The translations under genes and the position numbers were made by a program. Below the pieces are notes generated by a model. It did no database searches. It was not told the origin of the DNA and was given only the letters and a program-made list of their open reading frames with translations. A DNA stretch of 64,000 nt from NCBI GenBank assembly GCA_964016885.1, contig OZ024742.1, positions 251,658,001-251,722,000 of the forward strand, written 5' to 3'. This DNA comes from Eledone cirrhosa. Lineage: Eukaryota. Positions 30,435 through 41,240 of the stretch are shown here, piece after piece; the first letter of the stretch is position 1, and each line of letters opens with the position of its first letter.

Positions 30435-31146
30435 TACATACATCTTGGTATCCTGCTGTAAAACATTGCCTCTGAAAATATCCCACGATAAGTACAAAGC
30501 CCATCATAGGGCCCACAATACTAAACCCTGCTTTTGCAGGGAAAATGACCTTGAAACGTTTGTTGTTGTGTACACATGTGTGCAGGCAGATAATATAGTA
30601 ACAAAGATGAATGCTCAATACTGTAGTAGAGCTTAGTATTTTCATTCTCTCAAGTGTTTCACTTGTGTATTCACATGGATATCAGACAAGTGTCTTATCT
30701 GAGAGCAGTAGACATTAAACGATGATGGTATATATTTAATTTGTTGGAAGTCCGACAAATATAAATGTTTATAACTGATTTAGAGCACTCAACAGATTAC
30801 TGGAGTAAATATTCAATGATATTAAGTAAATGGAAACTATATTAATTTTATTATATATATTTCTAGGGTACCAAGACAACATTGGTATGCTTTCATCAGA
30901 TAAAATACAAAGTTTGTTTTATAAATAGACATACCCATGAAAATCATACCTTATCGGTTGGAAATTCACTGGAATTCCAGTGAATTTCCAACCAATAAGG
31001 TATGATTTTCATGGGTAATTCTCTATTTATAAAACAAACTTTGGTACACTTTCATCAGATAAAATACAAAGTTGTCTTGGTACCCTAGAAATATATATAA
31101 TAAAATAAATATGGTTTTATAAAGATAGTTTCTATTTATTTAAAAT

Positions 31147-31184
<38 letters not shown>

Positions 31185-32194
31185 GTGAATGGACAAGATC
31201 TACCAACAACAGAAGAATATATATATATATATATATTCTTCTGTTGTTGGTAGATCTTGTCCATTCACTTGAATAAGCAAGGAGTTAGATGTGTTCATAG
31301 ACATGTCTTCTGGCTGATTTATTGTGCAAATTGATGGAGGTGAAATTCACTTAACTTGGGTACCAGTTATAAATGATGGAGAAGCAAAGCCAGAAATGCC
31401 TTCAAAATGCTCAACAATGTGTGGAGATCTCAACAGTAGAGCATAAAGACCAATTGGAGAATATATTAGGGCTGTATTCTTTCCACTCTTATGTATGGTT
31501 CAGAATACTGGAGAACGACAGAGAATGACCTAACCAAACTGTCAGTCTTTCACACAAAGAATCTTAGAAGAATCCTAAGAATCTTTTGGCCTGATGAATT
31601 GCTAGATAGATTCCAAAAGGAGAATATGCCAGCGATCCTTCTCAGAAGAAGACGGAAGTGGATAGAACATGTTCTCAGAACAGAGCAAGATTGCATCCCC
31701 AAAACAGCACTCCATTGGACACAAGAAGGCAAGAGATAGCAAGGAAGGCCAAAGAACACCTGGCACAGAACAGTTGAGGGAGAGATAATGACCTGGCAAC
31801 ACACTTGGGGTACCTTCATTGCTGCCCTACATGCCAGTGGGCACAACGAGCAGTAGTAGAAGTATATATATGTATGTGTGTGTGAAATAAGTTATCTCTA
31901 TCTTTTTTATTTCTTTATTTTCAGATCCAATTCATAGCCATGCTTGTTCACAGCGTTCAACTTCTGTTTATAGAGTGTAACTATCCAGTGATATTTGCAA
32001 AAGCTATCACAGCAAATGCTCTGATGATGCTCGTATTGTTTGGTGATTTCTACTGGAAGGAGTACTTAAAGAAAAAACCAGCTATGAAAGTTAGTAAAAT
32101 GAGCAACGGTAGTGTCAAGTGTAGTGCTCAGCAGAATGGCAGTCTACCTAACAAAAATGGAACTGCGAAAAGTAATGGTATAAAATGTGACTGA
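793..32194 (+). CDS. ELOVL7: Very-long-chain fatty acid elongase, ELOVL1/7-like; spliced gene, 6 coding exons in window (793-980, 22646-22729, 25191-25247, 25488-25593, 27360-27496, 31925-32194); 5' exon(s) upstream of window
   Basis: Exons were joined by hand with AG/GT boundaries and consistent phases. They give [10 protein letters not shown]...RKPFEM...[17 protein letters not shown]...[17 protein letters not shown]...FLHVFHH...[33 protein letters not shown]...[17 protein letters not shown]...[10 protein letters not shown]. The HxxHH box and KxxExxDT are ELO-family motifs. HVFHH and WWFGVKF point to the ELOVL1/7 clade. Confidence 0.93.
2169..2865 (-). mobile_element. Non-coding HHR-bearing element (retrozyme-like / non-autonomous PLE derivative)
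   Basis: 46-bp direct repeats 2169-2214 / 2631-2676 (462-bp period). Inverted arms 2228-2458 / 2678-2865. HHR at 2469-2509. (TA)n flanks; no RT homology seen. Confidence 0.7.
2469..2509 (-). ncRNA. Minimal type I hammerhead ribozyme with palindromic stem III
   Basis: CGGUG-CUGAUGA-U[AGCU AACA AGCU]U-GAA-ACUAGU-A|CAUCG. Confidence 0.85.
3666..3869. mobile_element. ~200-bp MITE with TTAA target and CCCTTT/AAAGGG termini (piggyBac-type)
   Basis: TTAA-CCCTTTAGCAT...AAAGGG-TTAA; related copy at 37712-37914. Confidence 0.8.
3960..4274 (-). mobile_element. tRNA-derived CORE-type SINE with RTE-derived tail
   Basis: A box TGGCTTAGTGG, B box GAGTTCAATTC, CCTTGAGCAAGACACTT core, (GAT)n tail; near-identical to 10210-10544 and 28545-28890. 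Confidence 0.85.
4283..4400. repeat. ~118-bp near-perfect palindrome containing the 3' half of a hammerhead on each strand
   Basis: Arms mirror about 4341. The minus strand reads GAA-ACGGC-loop-GCCGU-C|UGGGUCA. Confidence 0.75.
5175..7180. repeat. 2-kb compound (TA)/(TG)/(TATG) microsatellite with a ~24-bp higher-order unit
   Basis: Repeating gtgtatgtatgtatatatatatat; source of the spurious 600-750 aa ORFs. Confidence 0.97.
7185..9693 (+). mobile_element. Degenerate RTE-clade LINE (5'-truncated)
   Basis: [16 protein letters not shown]...[37 protein letters not shown]; (GAT)n tail; many stops. Confidence 0.9.
10015..10190. repeat. (CAC/TAC)n trinucleotide repeat
   Basis: Direct inspection. 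Confidence 0.95.
10210..10544 (-). mobile_element. tRNA-derived CORE-type SINE, full length
   Basis: Same family as 3960-4274. Confidence 0.85.
11228..13121 (-). mobile_element. Degenerate RTE-clade LINE (5'-truncated), inverted relative to 7185-9693
   Basis: [37 protein letters not shown]; tail at ~11228. Confidence 0.9.
13721..15527 (+). mobile_element. Two tandem RTE LINE 3' fragments (13721-14448, 14712-15527)
   Basis: MLRWMCN...RRLRWYGHV...GRPRKTW in both, with shared 3' UTR and (GAT)n tails. Confidence 0.88.
16790..17470 (-). mobile_element. Old PLE remnant (GIY-YIG 3' end + decayed pLTR/HHR)
   Basis: Minus-strand NVIYKF...[14 protein letters not shown] near 17240-17350; CUGAAGA...GAAACAUUAAUA near 16903-16945. 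Confidence 0.55.
18820..20050 (-). mobile_element. Highly decayed PLE-like remnant upstream of the 18878 HHR
   Basis: Strand-skewed composition like the intact PLE ORFs; VLHADT and YFTSIS-like traces; HHR at the 3' end. Confidence 0.35.
18878..18930 (-). ncRNA. Degenerate hammerhead ribozyme
   Basis: GUCUUGU-CUGAUGA-stem II (CUGU/ACAG)-CAAAUCUCCAGAGUA|ACAAGGC; 7-bp stem I retained, GAAA decayed. Confidence 0.6.
22646..22729 (+). CDS. ELOVL7: ELOVL1/7-like exon ([28 protein letters not shown])
   Basis: Long poly-T tract plus ccag acceptor, gtgagt donor, 84 nt, phase 0/0. Confidence 0.92.
22866..23345 (+). mobile_element. Two older CORE-type SINE copies with a different tail
   Basis: TGGCCTAGTGG A box, TTCTTGAGCAAAACACTTTATTTCACATTGCT core. 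Confidence 0.65.
25191..25247 (+). CDS. ELOVL7: ELOVL1/7-like exon ([19 protein letters not shown])
   Basis: ttttcag acceptor, gtaagt donor, KxxExxDT motif. Confidence 0.93.
25488..25593 (+). CDS. ELOVL7: ELOVL1/7-like exon with histidine box ([36 protein letters not shown])
   Basis: ttctag acceptor, gtaagt donor, HVFHH motif. Confidence 0.94.
26440..26872 (+). mobile_element. RTE LINE 3' fragment whose tail is shared with the CORE-SINE
   Basis: [11 protein letters not shown]; ends cgtcccacccttgcaagcagggaaaagcggatgtaagatgatgat. Confidence 0.85.
27360..27496 (+). CDS. ELOVL7: ELOVL1/7-like exon ([24 protein letters not shown]...KKYLTTLQL)
   Basis: tttcag acceptor, gtaagt donor, NxxxHxxMYxYY motif; phase matches the previous exon. 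Confidence 0.94.
27525..27699 (-). mobile_element. Meta-domain-like SINE just downstream of an ELOVL donor site, TSD cacataactaatat
   Basis: Same family as 55802-55987; other copies at 18172-18338, 34570-34920 and 57525-57632. Confidence 0.82.
27843..27965. repeat. Imperfect inverted repeat, pLTR remnant of the same family as 18830-18930
   Basis: Shares ctccagaRtaacaagRYtcacYacttagcc...ataataaa.tgaat with the reverse complement of 18850-18895. Confidence 0.55.
28545..28890 (-). mobile_element. tRNA-derived CORE-type SINE, full length, between (TA)n tracts
   Basis: Same family as 3960-4274. Confidence 0.85.
28950..30370 (-). mobile_element. RTE-clade LINE, 5'-truncated, relatively well preserved RT
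   Basis: ORFs 29731..30645, 29249..29749 and 29037..29384: [37 protein letters not shown]. Confidence 0.92.
30830..31150. repeat. Fold-back palindrome (inverted pLTR pair) centred on GAATTC at ~30974
   Basis: Near-perfect arms with no spacer; the right arm carries a short internal inversion. Confidence 0.8.
30846..30905 (-). ncRNA. Minimal type I hammerhead ribozyme (stem II partly decayed)
   Basis: UUUUAU-CUGAUGA-A[AGCAUACCAA UGUUGUC UUGGUACCCU]A-GAA-AUAUAUAU-A|AUAAAA. Confidence 0.7.
31178..31862 (+). mobile_element. LINE 3' fragment (RTE-like) with inverted 5' portion and short palindrome 31178-31275
   Basis: MYGSEYWR...[10 protein letters not shown]...KWIEHVLR...ALHWT; [13 protein letters not shown] is present in both orientations around a (TA)n. 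Confidence 0.75.
31925..32194 (+). CDS. ELOVL7: ELOVL1/7-like last coding exon (IQFIAMLVH...NGIKCD*)
   Basis: tttcag acceptor at 31924; in frame with ORF 31940..32194; F-x-x-FY-x-x-x-Y followed by a Lys-rich tail. Confidence 0.92.
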   Translation: MQFIAMLVHSVQLLFIECNYPVIFAKAITANALMMLVLFGDFYWKEYLKKKPAMKVSKMSNGSVKCSAQQNGSLPNKNGTAKSNGIKCD

Positions 32195-32929
32195 GACTTA
32201 AATCAAGGTTTCTCTCTTTTTCTCCTTCCCTTCCTTCAATACTGCCCCCTGGAAAAAAAAACCCGCCATTCTTTCATTAGCTTTGTATTTAAAAGACAAC
32301 TACAAAATGTTTTTTTGGAAAAAAAAAAAATAAAATATATTATAAAAATATATATTATGCAAAATGAATATTAAAAAAAAACGAACCAACAAAAAATACA
32401 TTTTAAAATGTATGAGGAAATTTTTAATATATTTAAGAAAATACAACAACAACAAAAAAAAGAAAGAAATCAGAACTAATTGTCAAATAAATGTGGAAAG
32501 TTTTTTTAAGCATTTGTAAAAGGTTGCCATTTTTCATTGAGTTTGGGTGGGGGGTATCAAGAGGAATAAAGCTGCCAGTCCGACTGTAGTTATCGCCCTT
32601 AATTTTCTACCCAATTTTTTTTTTTCAAGTGTTGAAATCGCTTTTTTAATTAACCTGGAATGGAGTGTTGGGGAAAGATGAGTCTAGCTGTATGATAATT
32701 GACCCGGAGTGTAGAGGTACGATGATGGTTGCTGTATTTTAAATTGGAGTACAGTGTGAAGGACAGAAAGATGAGTAGTTGTATGAAGACAGTCAAGGAT
32801 GGCGATATATATATATATATATATTCATTCCAACTGCGTCATCATCAAATTGGAGGCTTAATTGTCACAAATGAAGGTATTTCACTCAATTGCTCAAGCT
32901 GACAAAATTGAACACTCATGCATACATGA

Positions 32930-33027
32930 TCTATACATGTATTTGTGTGTATATATATTTATGTATATATATGTGTGTGTGTATATATATATATGTATGT
33001 AGATGTATCTATGTATATATATGTATC

Positions 33028-33058
<31 letters not shown>

Positions 33059-33083
33059 GTATCTATATATATATATATGTATC

Positions 33084-33114
<31 letters not shown>

Positions 33115-33147
33115 CTATATATATATATGTATCTATATATATATATA

Positions 33148-33200
<53 letters not shown>

Positions 33201-33253
33201 CTATATATATATATATATGTATCTATATATATATATGTGTATATATATATATA

Positions 33254-33300
<47 letters not shown>

Positions 33301-33373
33301 CTATATATATATATATGTGTATATATATATATATATATGTGTATATATATATATATGTGTATATATATATATA

Positions 33374-33415
<42 letters not shown>

Positions 33416-33726
33416 AGTCCCACCCTTGCAAGCAAGGAAAAGCGGACGTAAAATGAAATGACATATATATATATAATGTATGTATATGTATGTGTATATA
33501 TGTATGCATGTATGTGTATATCTGTATGCATGTATGTGTATATCTGTATGCGTGTATGTGTGTATATCTGTATGCATGTATGTGTATATCTGTATGCATG
33601 TATGTGTGTATATATGTATGCATGTATGTGTGTATATATGTGTATGTGTGTGTGTGTGTGTATGTATATGTATGTATGTATATGTATATATATATGTGTG
33701 TATATGTATGTGTATATATGTGTGTG

Positions 33727-33785
<59 letters not shown>
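32930..33785. repeat. Compound (TA)/(TG)/(CA) microsatellite downstream of ELOVL stop
   Basis: Direct inspection. Confidence 0.95.
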
Positions 33786-33786
<1 letters not shown>

Positions 33787-36700
33787 CATATGTGTGTTTA
33801 TGGATGTACATGTATTTTTAAAAATTGTAAATCTCAATTTTCTCTACAATTAAAATGTTTAATTAACATGTTGTTTAATAGTCAAACAGTAAAATCTAAT
33901 TGCTTTCTAATTCCAAAGATGTATTCCTAATTGCAATGAGTATCAACAAACAGAAAATCTGAACAATAAATAATTTCTTTTCTTAAACTTCACTAATTCT
34001 TAACATTCTGTTCCACATGAAGTCGCATTAGCAAGACATTCTTTGTAAAGTACAAAACAAGACTGTCTGTATCATATTAAAAACTTAAGTCTTTAGTCTA
34101 ATATTGTAAATTTTCACTAAGATATGTCCACTAGTAAAGATACTGCAAGCATTTGAATTAACAAGACATTCTTAACAAGTATTAAAAACAACCCTATGTC
34201 TCCATCATAATAAAGATTAAAAATTAGTTTTTATTCTGCAAATTTTCACAGCTGTCCTCTAGTAAAAATACTCTAAATATTTGAATTAACAAACCTGTTT
34301 TGGGATATTTTCTGCTAAATCATTGCATATTTATACTTTGCTTCATTTAAACACTAATTACTTCACTCCTACAACTTATACATAAATGCATTCCATCCAA
34401 TATATCTCAGTTATCTACTTCACTTTTCTTCCATTTCTTTTTTTTTGTGCACTTCCAAAGCTGTGAAATATTCAGGGCTAAATATGCATACACAAAGCTA
34501 TGTTAGTATTGTTGTGCAGATATATAGCAGTACAGCTATATACTGTGATAACCTGTTGTTATAAGTGCACTGGGTTGGCAGAACCATTACGGGTGTCAGA
34601 CAAAATGCTTTGTGGTATTTGTTCTGGCTTGCTATGTTCTGAGTTCAAATCCTGCCAAGGTCAACTTTACTTTCCATTCTTCTGGAGTCGATAAAAGAAA
34701 AGAACTTCGGTCGGTTTCATTGACTTACTCCCCCAAGATTGCTGGCCTTGTGCCGAAATTAGAAGCGATTATTATTATGTGGAGCAGTTGGAATTGTAGA
34801 GTATCAGATTAAATGCCTTATAGTAATTTGTTTTTCTTATTTTGTTGGTTCAAATCTCATTTGGGTGACTTTGCCGTTCATCCCTCTCCAGGGTTGTTAA
34901 AAATAAGTACCAATTATGTATTAAGAGATAAATTATATCACCTATAGTTCTCCTATGCAAATTATAAAGATCTTTTTGTTACTTTATTGTTGGGTTTTTT
35001 TTTTGTTGTTTTTTTTTTTAAGGAAAAATGAAAATTCAAAAACTGCCACATATTTTTTTTATATTCTAACTAGTTAATTTCTTAGATTTTTAATTAATTA
35101 ATGATAAATCTAATACATCTTACTGTTTATATATGTTTATAAAAATTGAATTTGTTGTGTGTTTTTGTTTGTTTTTTTTTTTTCTTTAGTGGGAGGGTAA
35201 ATTGGCAGTCATTAGAGCAACAGGTATTCATTCTGGCCCTGCACTCTGAGTTCAAATCCCACCAAGACACGGAAAGGGATGAGTGCCACCAGGTTTAAAA
35301 TGCTCAAACTTCAGGATGTCACAATGGTGTCCCTAAAACTCCAGTAGGTTTTATAGGATCAGTGAGTGGTTTTTGTTTTAGTGGATGCTGAATTTCCCAG
35401 TTGTCAAATATAAGTGCCCAGTCCACACTGTAAAAGTGGTGTCGCATTAAGGACACCCAGTCATAGAAACCAAGCCACGGTCATCAGATCTGACTTGTCT
35501 CACAACAGGATAGCCTGTATAACGCATGCTAGTTGGAAAATGGATGTTAAACTGTGATGATGATGATTTTGCTTATAATTCAGTCTGAATTTCTATAGAG
35601 TGAGATCTACAGCAGAAAGATGGGCAGAGGGTGCAATTTATAGAACGAGAGCTGGAGAGAAATCTCTACCAACATACAAGCTACAAATCATTTGATCTAA
35701 TTTGGTACCCTTCCAGCAATGCAATAAGCAAAACAAAAATATAGCTCAGATCTTTAGTAAGAAATTTCCCTCTCACACACAGTACCACCGTCTTTATGCT
35801 TGCTTTTCTATATTAGCATGGGTTAAGCAGAACATTTTGAGGCAATGTTTTACAGTCAGATGCCCTTCCTGACACCAACCCTTTTAATCATCTTACAACA
35901 TGCAAGTATTTTGTAAGAACTATAAAGTAATCATTAAACAGTCCTACTTTGGTAGTAGACCAACAGAAAGTTTAGTGGCACATTGATCTTGCACAAGGCA
36001 TTTCATTTCACATTGCTTTCCATGATAGAGTGGGGGTCTCTATTTACTAAAACGCCTGTACAACCTCTTAGGAGGCCAGATAAACCTACATAGGTATAAG
36101 CTATAGCAAGATATGAAGATGACAAAATCTTCAGCTAAAGCTTTTCTTTGTATTCACTCATATTTCTTATATCTCTCGCAATTAATGTTAATATTCTGGA
36201 AACTTTAGTGAACTATATCATTTCAGTGACCTTACCAACATCTATTTACTTTCCTCTCTAAATGTCACTGCCTATCAACATTATCTCTCCTCCTCAAACC
36301 CGACCAAAAAACAAACTTTTAGCATCCGGAATGATGACGATGAAATATCCAACTAATTACTCTATTACATGTTCCAGCCAAAAGGCTAAGGCCATGCTGG
36401 GGCATTGCCTTTTTTTTCTTTGGTATTTTGTCTTTGTTTCACTCGTATCTCTAATTTAAATTCTTATAGCATATTCTGGAAACTCTCATCTGGAGACTAC
36501 ATCATATTTCAGTGACCTGTTCAAATTGCCACCATATCCCACCCCCTTTTTCTATCTATCTATCTCTGTTTCGTAAATACTTTGGCTGTGGAAAGGCAGC
36601 TTGTCTAGAAGAGCAGTCATTTTAAATAAATAAGACTGCATGGGGTAGACATAGGCTGCCTCCTCTGAGGCTTACAGAGCCCAAGAGAGTAGTCACTCCG

Positions 36701-37059
36701 AATAAATGAAACTGCATGGGGTAAATATGGGTTCTGTAAGTCTGAAGGCAACATGCCTAGGAGAGCAGACACTGAATGAAAACTTATGGGTTACAGGGGA
36801 AAAAGGACACTTCCGTCCAGTAAGGCATCTCTCTAGTGCTGGTTGCACAAAGATGCACCCAGTCCATGCTGTAGAGTGGTTGGTTATAAAAAGGGAATAC
36901 AACAGAAAAAAAACCTGCCAAAGATATGAAAAGCACAGCATATAAGATTCACACTAATTGCATATAAAAGACTAACACTAGTCTATTAGTGCTGTGCATG
37001 TTCAAGACTCTCATTAAGCAATCCCTTATTCCCTTCTAGTTACAAAGAACTACTAAAAG

Positions 37060-39900
37060 ACAGGTAAAACACCTCCAGGCTGTTATTCTCAATGTCGGCA
37101 CACTGAAAGGTAGATCTGGAGAAATTAAGTTGCTTCAGAGGAAACGAACGGATGTATGCTGTGTCAAAGAGATGAGATGGAGGGGTGCTTCCGCAAGACT
37201 ACTCAAACAAACAGCATAAATGAAAGCTTTTCTGGGAAGGAAATGACAGGAATGGGCATTCTTCTAGCTGAGGAATGGATAGATAAAGTGATTGCGGTAG
37301 AGTGACAGAATTATCAAGCTTAGAATAGATGTAGGCAATAGAATGACAAGTTATTTCTACTTCTGCATTTCAAGCAGGACTGAGTAGAGAACAAAAGGAC
37401 TGTCTATGAGGAACTTTTTTTAATAACCTCATCTTAGCTGGTGTCTTCAATGGACATGTTGGGCAACATCAGGATGGCTAATCTGGGGTATATGGTGGCT
37501 ATTGTTATGGCTCAAGGAGTGAGGCTCCTGGAATTCTGTGATGCATCTGAAATAACCAATTGTAATCAGTCACCTGATCACCTACAAATCGGGCGAACAC
37601 AAGCCAGATTGACTTTGTACTTGTTACAAAAAAGGATTAACAGAGAGCACTGAAAAAGTTAGATATTAGTGACATCAGAAGGAGGCGTATAGTAGCTAAA
37701 GGATCTTTCAGTTAACCCTTTATCAATCACATTACTCTATATATATATATATACTATTATATTTTCATGGTAAAAGCTTTATCTCACATAATATCGAATC
37801 TATGAGTTTTTGAAAGTATTTATTTTGAGAACAATACCTTAACATCAGTTTGAGTGACCAGTTTCAACAGAAAAAGGTAGAGAATTCTGGCCGGTTTGAG
37901 CATTAAAGTGTTAAGTATAGAATTTTATGTGATGCATACAAGAAGAGGGGAGATGAGTTAGATAGGTTGTGACGTAAAAATTTCCTCTATTGTGAACTAC
38001 TGATAAGACCTGTGGCTGGAGAAAAGCACCAGCCAAACAGAGGGAGACTTAGTGATGGGTGAAACAGCACAGCAGATAGAGCCATTACGGCTAAGAGACA
38101 GGCACGAAAAGATTGGAAAAATGGGGTAGCAGAGACTAATACCAGGTAGCTAATAGAGAAGCTTAACAAGTATAGATATCAAGATGTTGTTGGGGGGGGG
38201 GAAATGATTTCAGTATGTTGCAGGTACACTTAGCATCATGAATGCTCAAAAGATGCCTGGAAATGCTACTACGAAAGATTAATGAATATAGGGAATGAGA
38301 AGGAGGAAGAGAGACTATCCCCAACTGACTCAATACAGGGACCAACTATTGGCATTGACAGTTATAGGGCCAAAAAATGCAAGGAATGAGATGAAAAATG
38401 GTAAAAGCACTGGACCATCAGAGATAGTTGCTGATATGTTGAAAGCAACTTTAGAAGTAAGAGCTGGACTTGTCACCTGCATAATCAAACAGGTAATATA
38501 TGAGTGTGGTCATACCCAATGACTGGTGCAGCAGTATACTCATGAATTGCTGCAAGGGGAAAAGGTGATGTTCTACAGAGGAGCAACTACTGAGGCATAA
38601 ATCTAATGAAGTTATGAAAGTGACAGTTCTAACACAACTAATTAGGGAAAGAGTTAAATTAGATGAGATGCAGTTCAGTTTTGAGCCAGTACTACAAATG
38701 CGCCCTTCATAGTGAGACAACTATAAAAAAGGTTCCTAGCTAAGAGATATATTGAGCTTTTGTTGATCTAGGGAAGGCCTTTAACAGAGTACCTTGATCT
38801 GTCTGGTGGTCCTCGAAGAAACTAGATGTAGCAGAATGGTTTATGAGAGTAGTGCAAGCCATGTACAGAGATGTCAAAGTGAGTTTAGTGAGGAATTCAA
38901 GGTACACATGAGTGCTTCAGCCTACTTCTGTTTGGTCCTTCAGGTCAGCATTTATGACTGGTTGCCTATGGGAACTTCAGTGTACTGATGATCTAGTTCT
39001 TATAGCTGAATCTATGAAAGAACTAGAGAATAAACTTAACAAAACTAAAGTATTTATAAGTAGGAAAGAAGAAAAGGCCCTGATCCCATCAAGGAAGTGG
39101 CCTTGCTCATTATGTAGAAAAGAAGTAGGCATAAATTCTATATGGTATACACAAATCTTGGATACACAAAAGGTGTAGTGAGATAGTAGGCAAACTAACA
39201 AGAAAGGAAGACTTTGTATGTAGTAGAAGTTCAGGGAAAATTGATAGTAAAAGTATCGTCATCATTATCATCATTTTCCATGCTTCGGTGGTTTAGACAG
39301 GTCTTTCTCAGCACTGTATCCCTCCACTTGCCATGTTCCTTCATCATCTTTTTTGTGAGTCTCAGTGATTTAAGGTTAGCTCTCACCACTTCTGCCCAGG
39401 TCTTTCTTGGACTACCTTGACTGCATCTTCCTACCACTGGCATTTCCTGGTACTTCTTCACCCAGTGATCACCTTCCATGTGCATCACATGTCCGTACCA
39501 ACACGGTTTTCTCTCCTGCACACCACCTCAGATTCCTCTTAAACCCAGCTTCTCCCTCAGCTCATCCAAGCTTTGCCTTTCTCTCACACTTACTTTGCAC
39601 GTTCAACGAAGCATGGTTGCTTCATTTCTCTCCAGTCTGCTCATGTCCTCTGCAGTTACGGCCCATATTTCACTACCATACAGCATTGAACTTCACACAC
39701 AGGTGTCATACAGTCCTGGATGATGATTGCTGAGTGAAGAAATGCCAAAATATTCAAATGAAAGGAAGCTGCAATAGAGGAAGACCTGATCTTAAGTTAC
39801 TGAAGCTTACAGAGGAGATGATGAAGGAATGTGATGAGTGGAGAGATGCCATGCTGAAAAGGACCCATCCAAACCATACATGCATAGAAAAGCAAACATG
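37060..39900. mobile_element. Old RTE LINE (+; APE endonuclease through RT) with a nested MITE and a minus-strand RTE 3' fragment (39255-39715)
   Basis: NVGTLKGRSGE, VCCVKEMRWRG, RLLEFC, MKNGKSTGPSE, CLWELQCTDDL; WYGHVMHM on the minus strand. Confidence 0.8.
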
Positions 39901-39953
39901 ATGATTATATATATAATGTGTTGGTGTAACAGATTTGCCAAGCCAGGAATAAT

Positions 39954-39993
39954 ATAGTCTGATGAAGGATTATAATCCCAAAACGTACACTGT
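39954..39993 (+). ncRNA. Degenerate hammerhead ribozyme
   Basis: AUAGU-CUGAUGA-A[GGAU UAUA AUCC]C-AAAACGUAC-ACUGU; G12>A consistent with CpG decay. Confidence 0.55.
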
Positions 39994-40399
39994 CAAGTGA
40001 ACATTACTAACCTAGCAACATGGCTCATACTGTAGTCACATGACTTCACGATAACTATACTAGCTCTAACATTAACTCTCACACACTCAACTTTCTACTC
40101 CTCTACCTTCACCTAAATGAACAATAAAACAAAATATACCATTTTTAAACAAGGTTTACCTCATTTATTGTATGCTATTATATTCTAGCTTCTCCCACTC
40201 AGGTCTCTTAAACTTACTCTTCTTACCTTGCCCTGAACCACACACACTATAAAAATCTACTGGACCCACTATATATATATGCACACATAAAATGGGGCTC
40301 CTATCATTAAAACACCCAAGAAACTTATGAGATTCAACCCTGTAGGAGACCAGCTGTAACAACAACCAAGATATGCTAAATATTTCACCATGACTTGCC

Positions 40400-41240
40400 T
40401 AATCTATTTTTAATGTCGTAAACTGCCCTCGCCACAATACAATACTGAAGTGGAACTGAAATGAGATAAAGGACATCAACTGCAGGTCTTCAGGCAGATC
40501 GAGTCTGGCTTGGACCAACACCACCTCGCCTGCCTCAGATCTGCTTCGCTGCCAAACAGCAGTGTGTAGCTCAATTTAGTGCCCTCCTCATCAACCGGTA
40601 CCCTTCTTTATGACAAGTACGCTCATCAGAGTAGCTCAACGCCTTGGCTTTTATGTGTGTGAGCCATTTTACAAATGCCGTTGTGGGACTGTCATTTGAC
40701 AAGTTTGGACTGCAACCACTGTCATGCTGCCAGAGCACCAGCCAGTTCACCTAGCATGCTGCTCTCAACAACATACTGAGAAGGAGCCTGGGCGCAGCAG
40801 GCTTTCCATCACAACTGGAGTCAGCGGGCCTCGACCGCAGAGACGGCAAGCGCCCCAACGAAATTACCTTCTTCCCATTCAAAGAGGTAGATCACTCATC
40901 TCAGATGCTGCGTGTTGTGACATGTTTGCCGCCTCCAACTTAGTCGCTTCAGCCACAAACATTGGTAATGCGGCTTGTAATGCACAGGACAGGATGACAA
41001 GCAAATACTGAGGATTGTCAGGCCACTCTCTCTGTGCACCAGTCACCATCAAGATCTCAGGCATCCTTGGACCCCATAGTGCCAAGCTCCTTTGCACAAG
41101 TGGAATGTCAGCAGCCCTTGTGGAAGGAGCCCCATGAGATGGGTGGCTGTTGCAGTGGGTGTCGCTGGCCATTGTCTGCAGAAATGCCTTTGCATTTCTT
41201 CTGCAGAACACAACCAATCACTGTCACACCCTCGGCCCAG
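40400..41240 (+). mobile_element. Degenerate CRE-clade (REL endonuclease) non-LTR retrotransposon 3' fragment
   Basis: GC-rich island encoding, across frameshifts, RVAQRLG..CRCG..LSC...HAALN, DGKRPNEITFFP, RGRSLISDAACCDMFAASNL...SKY and GILGP. Confidence 0.7.
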
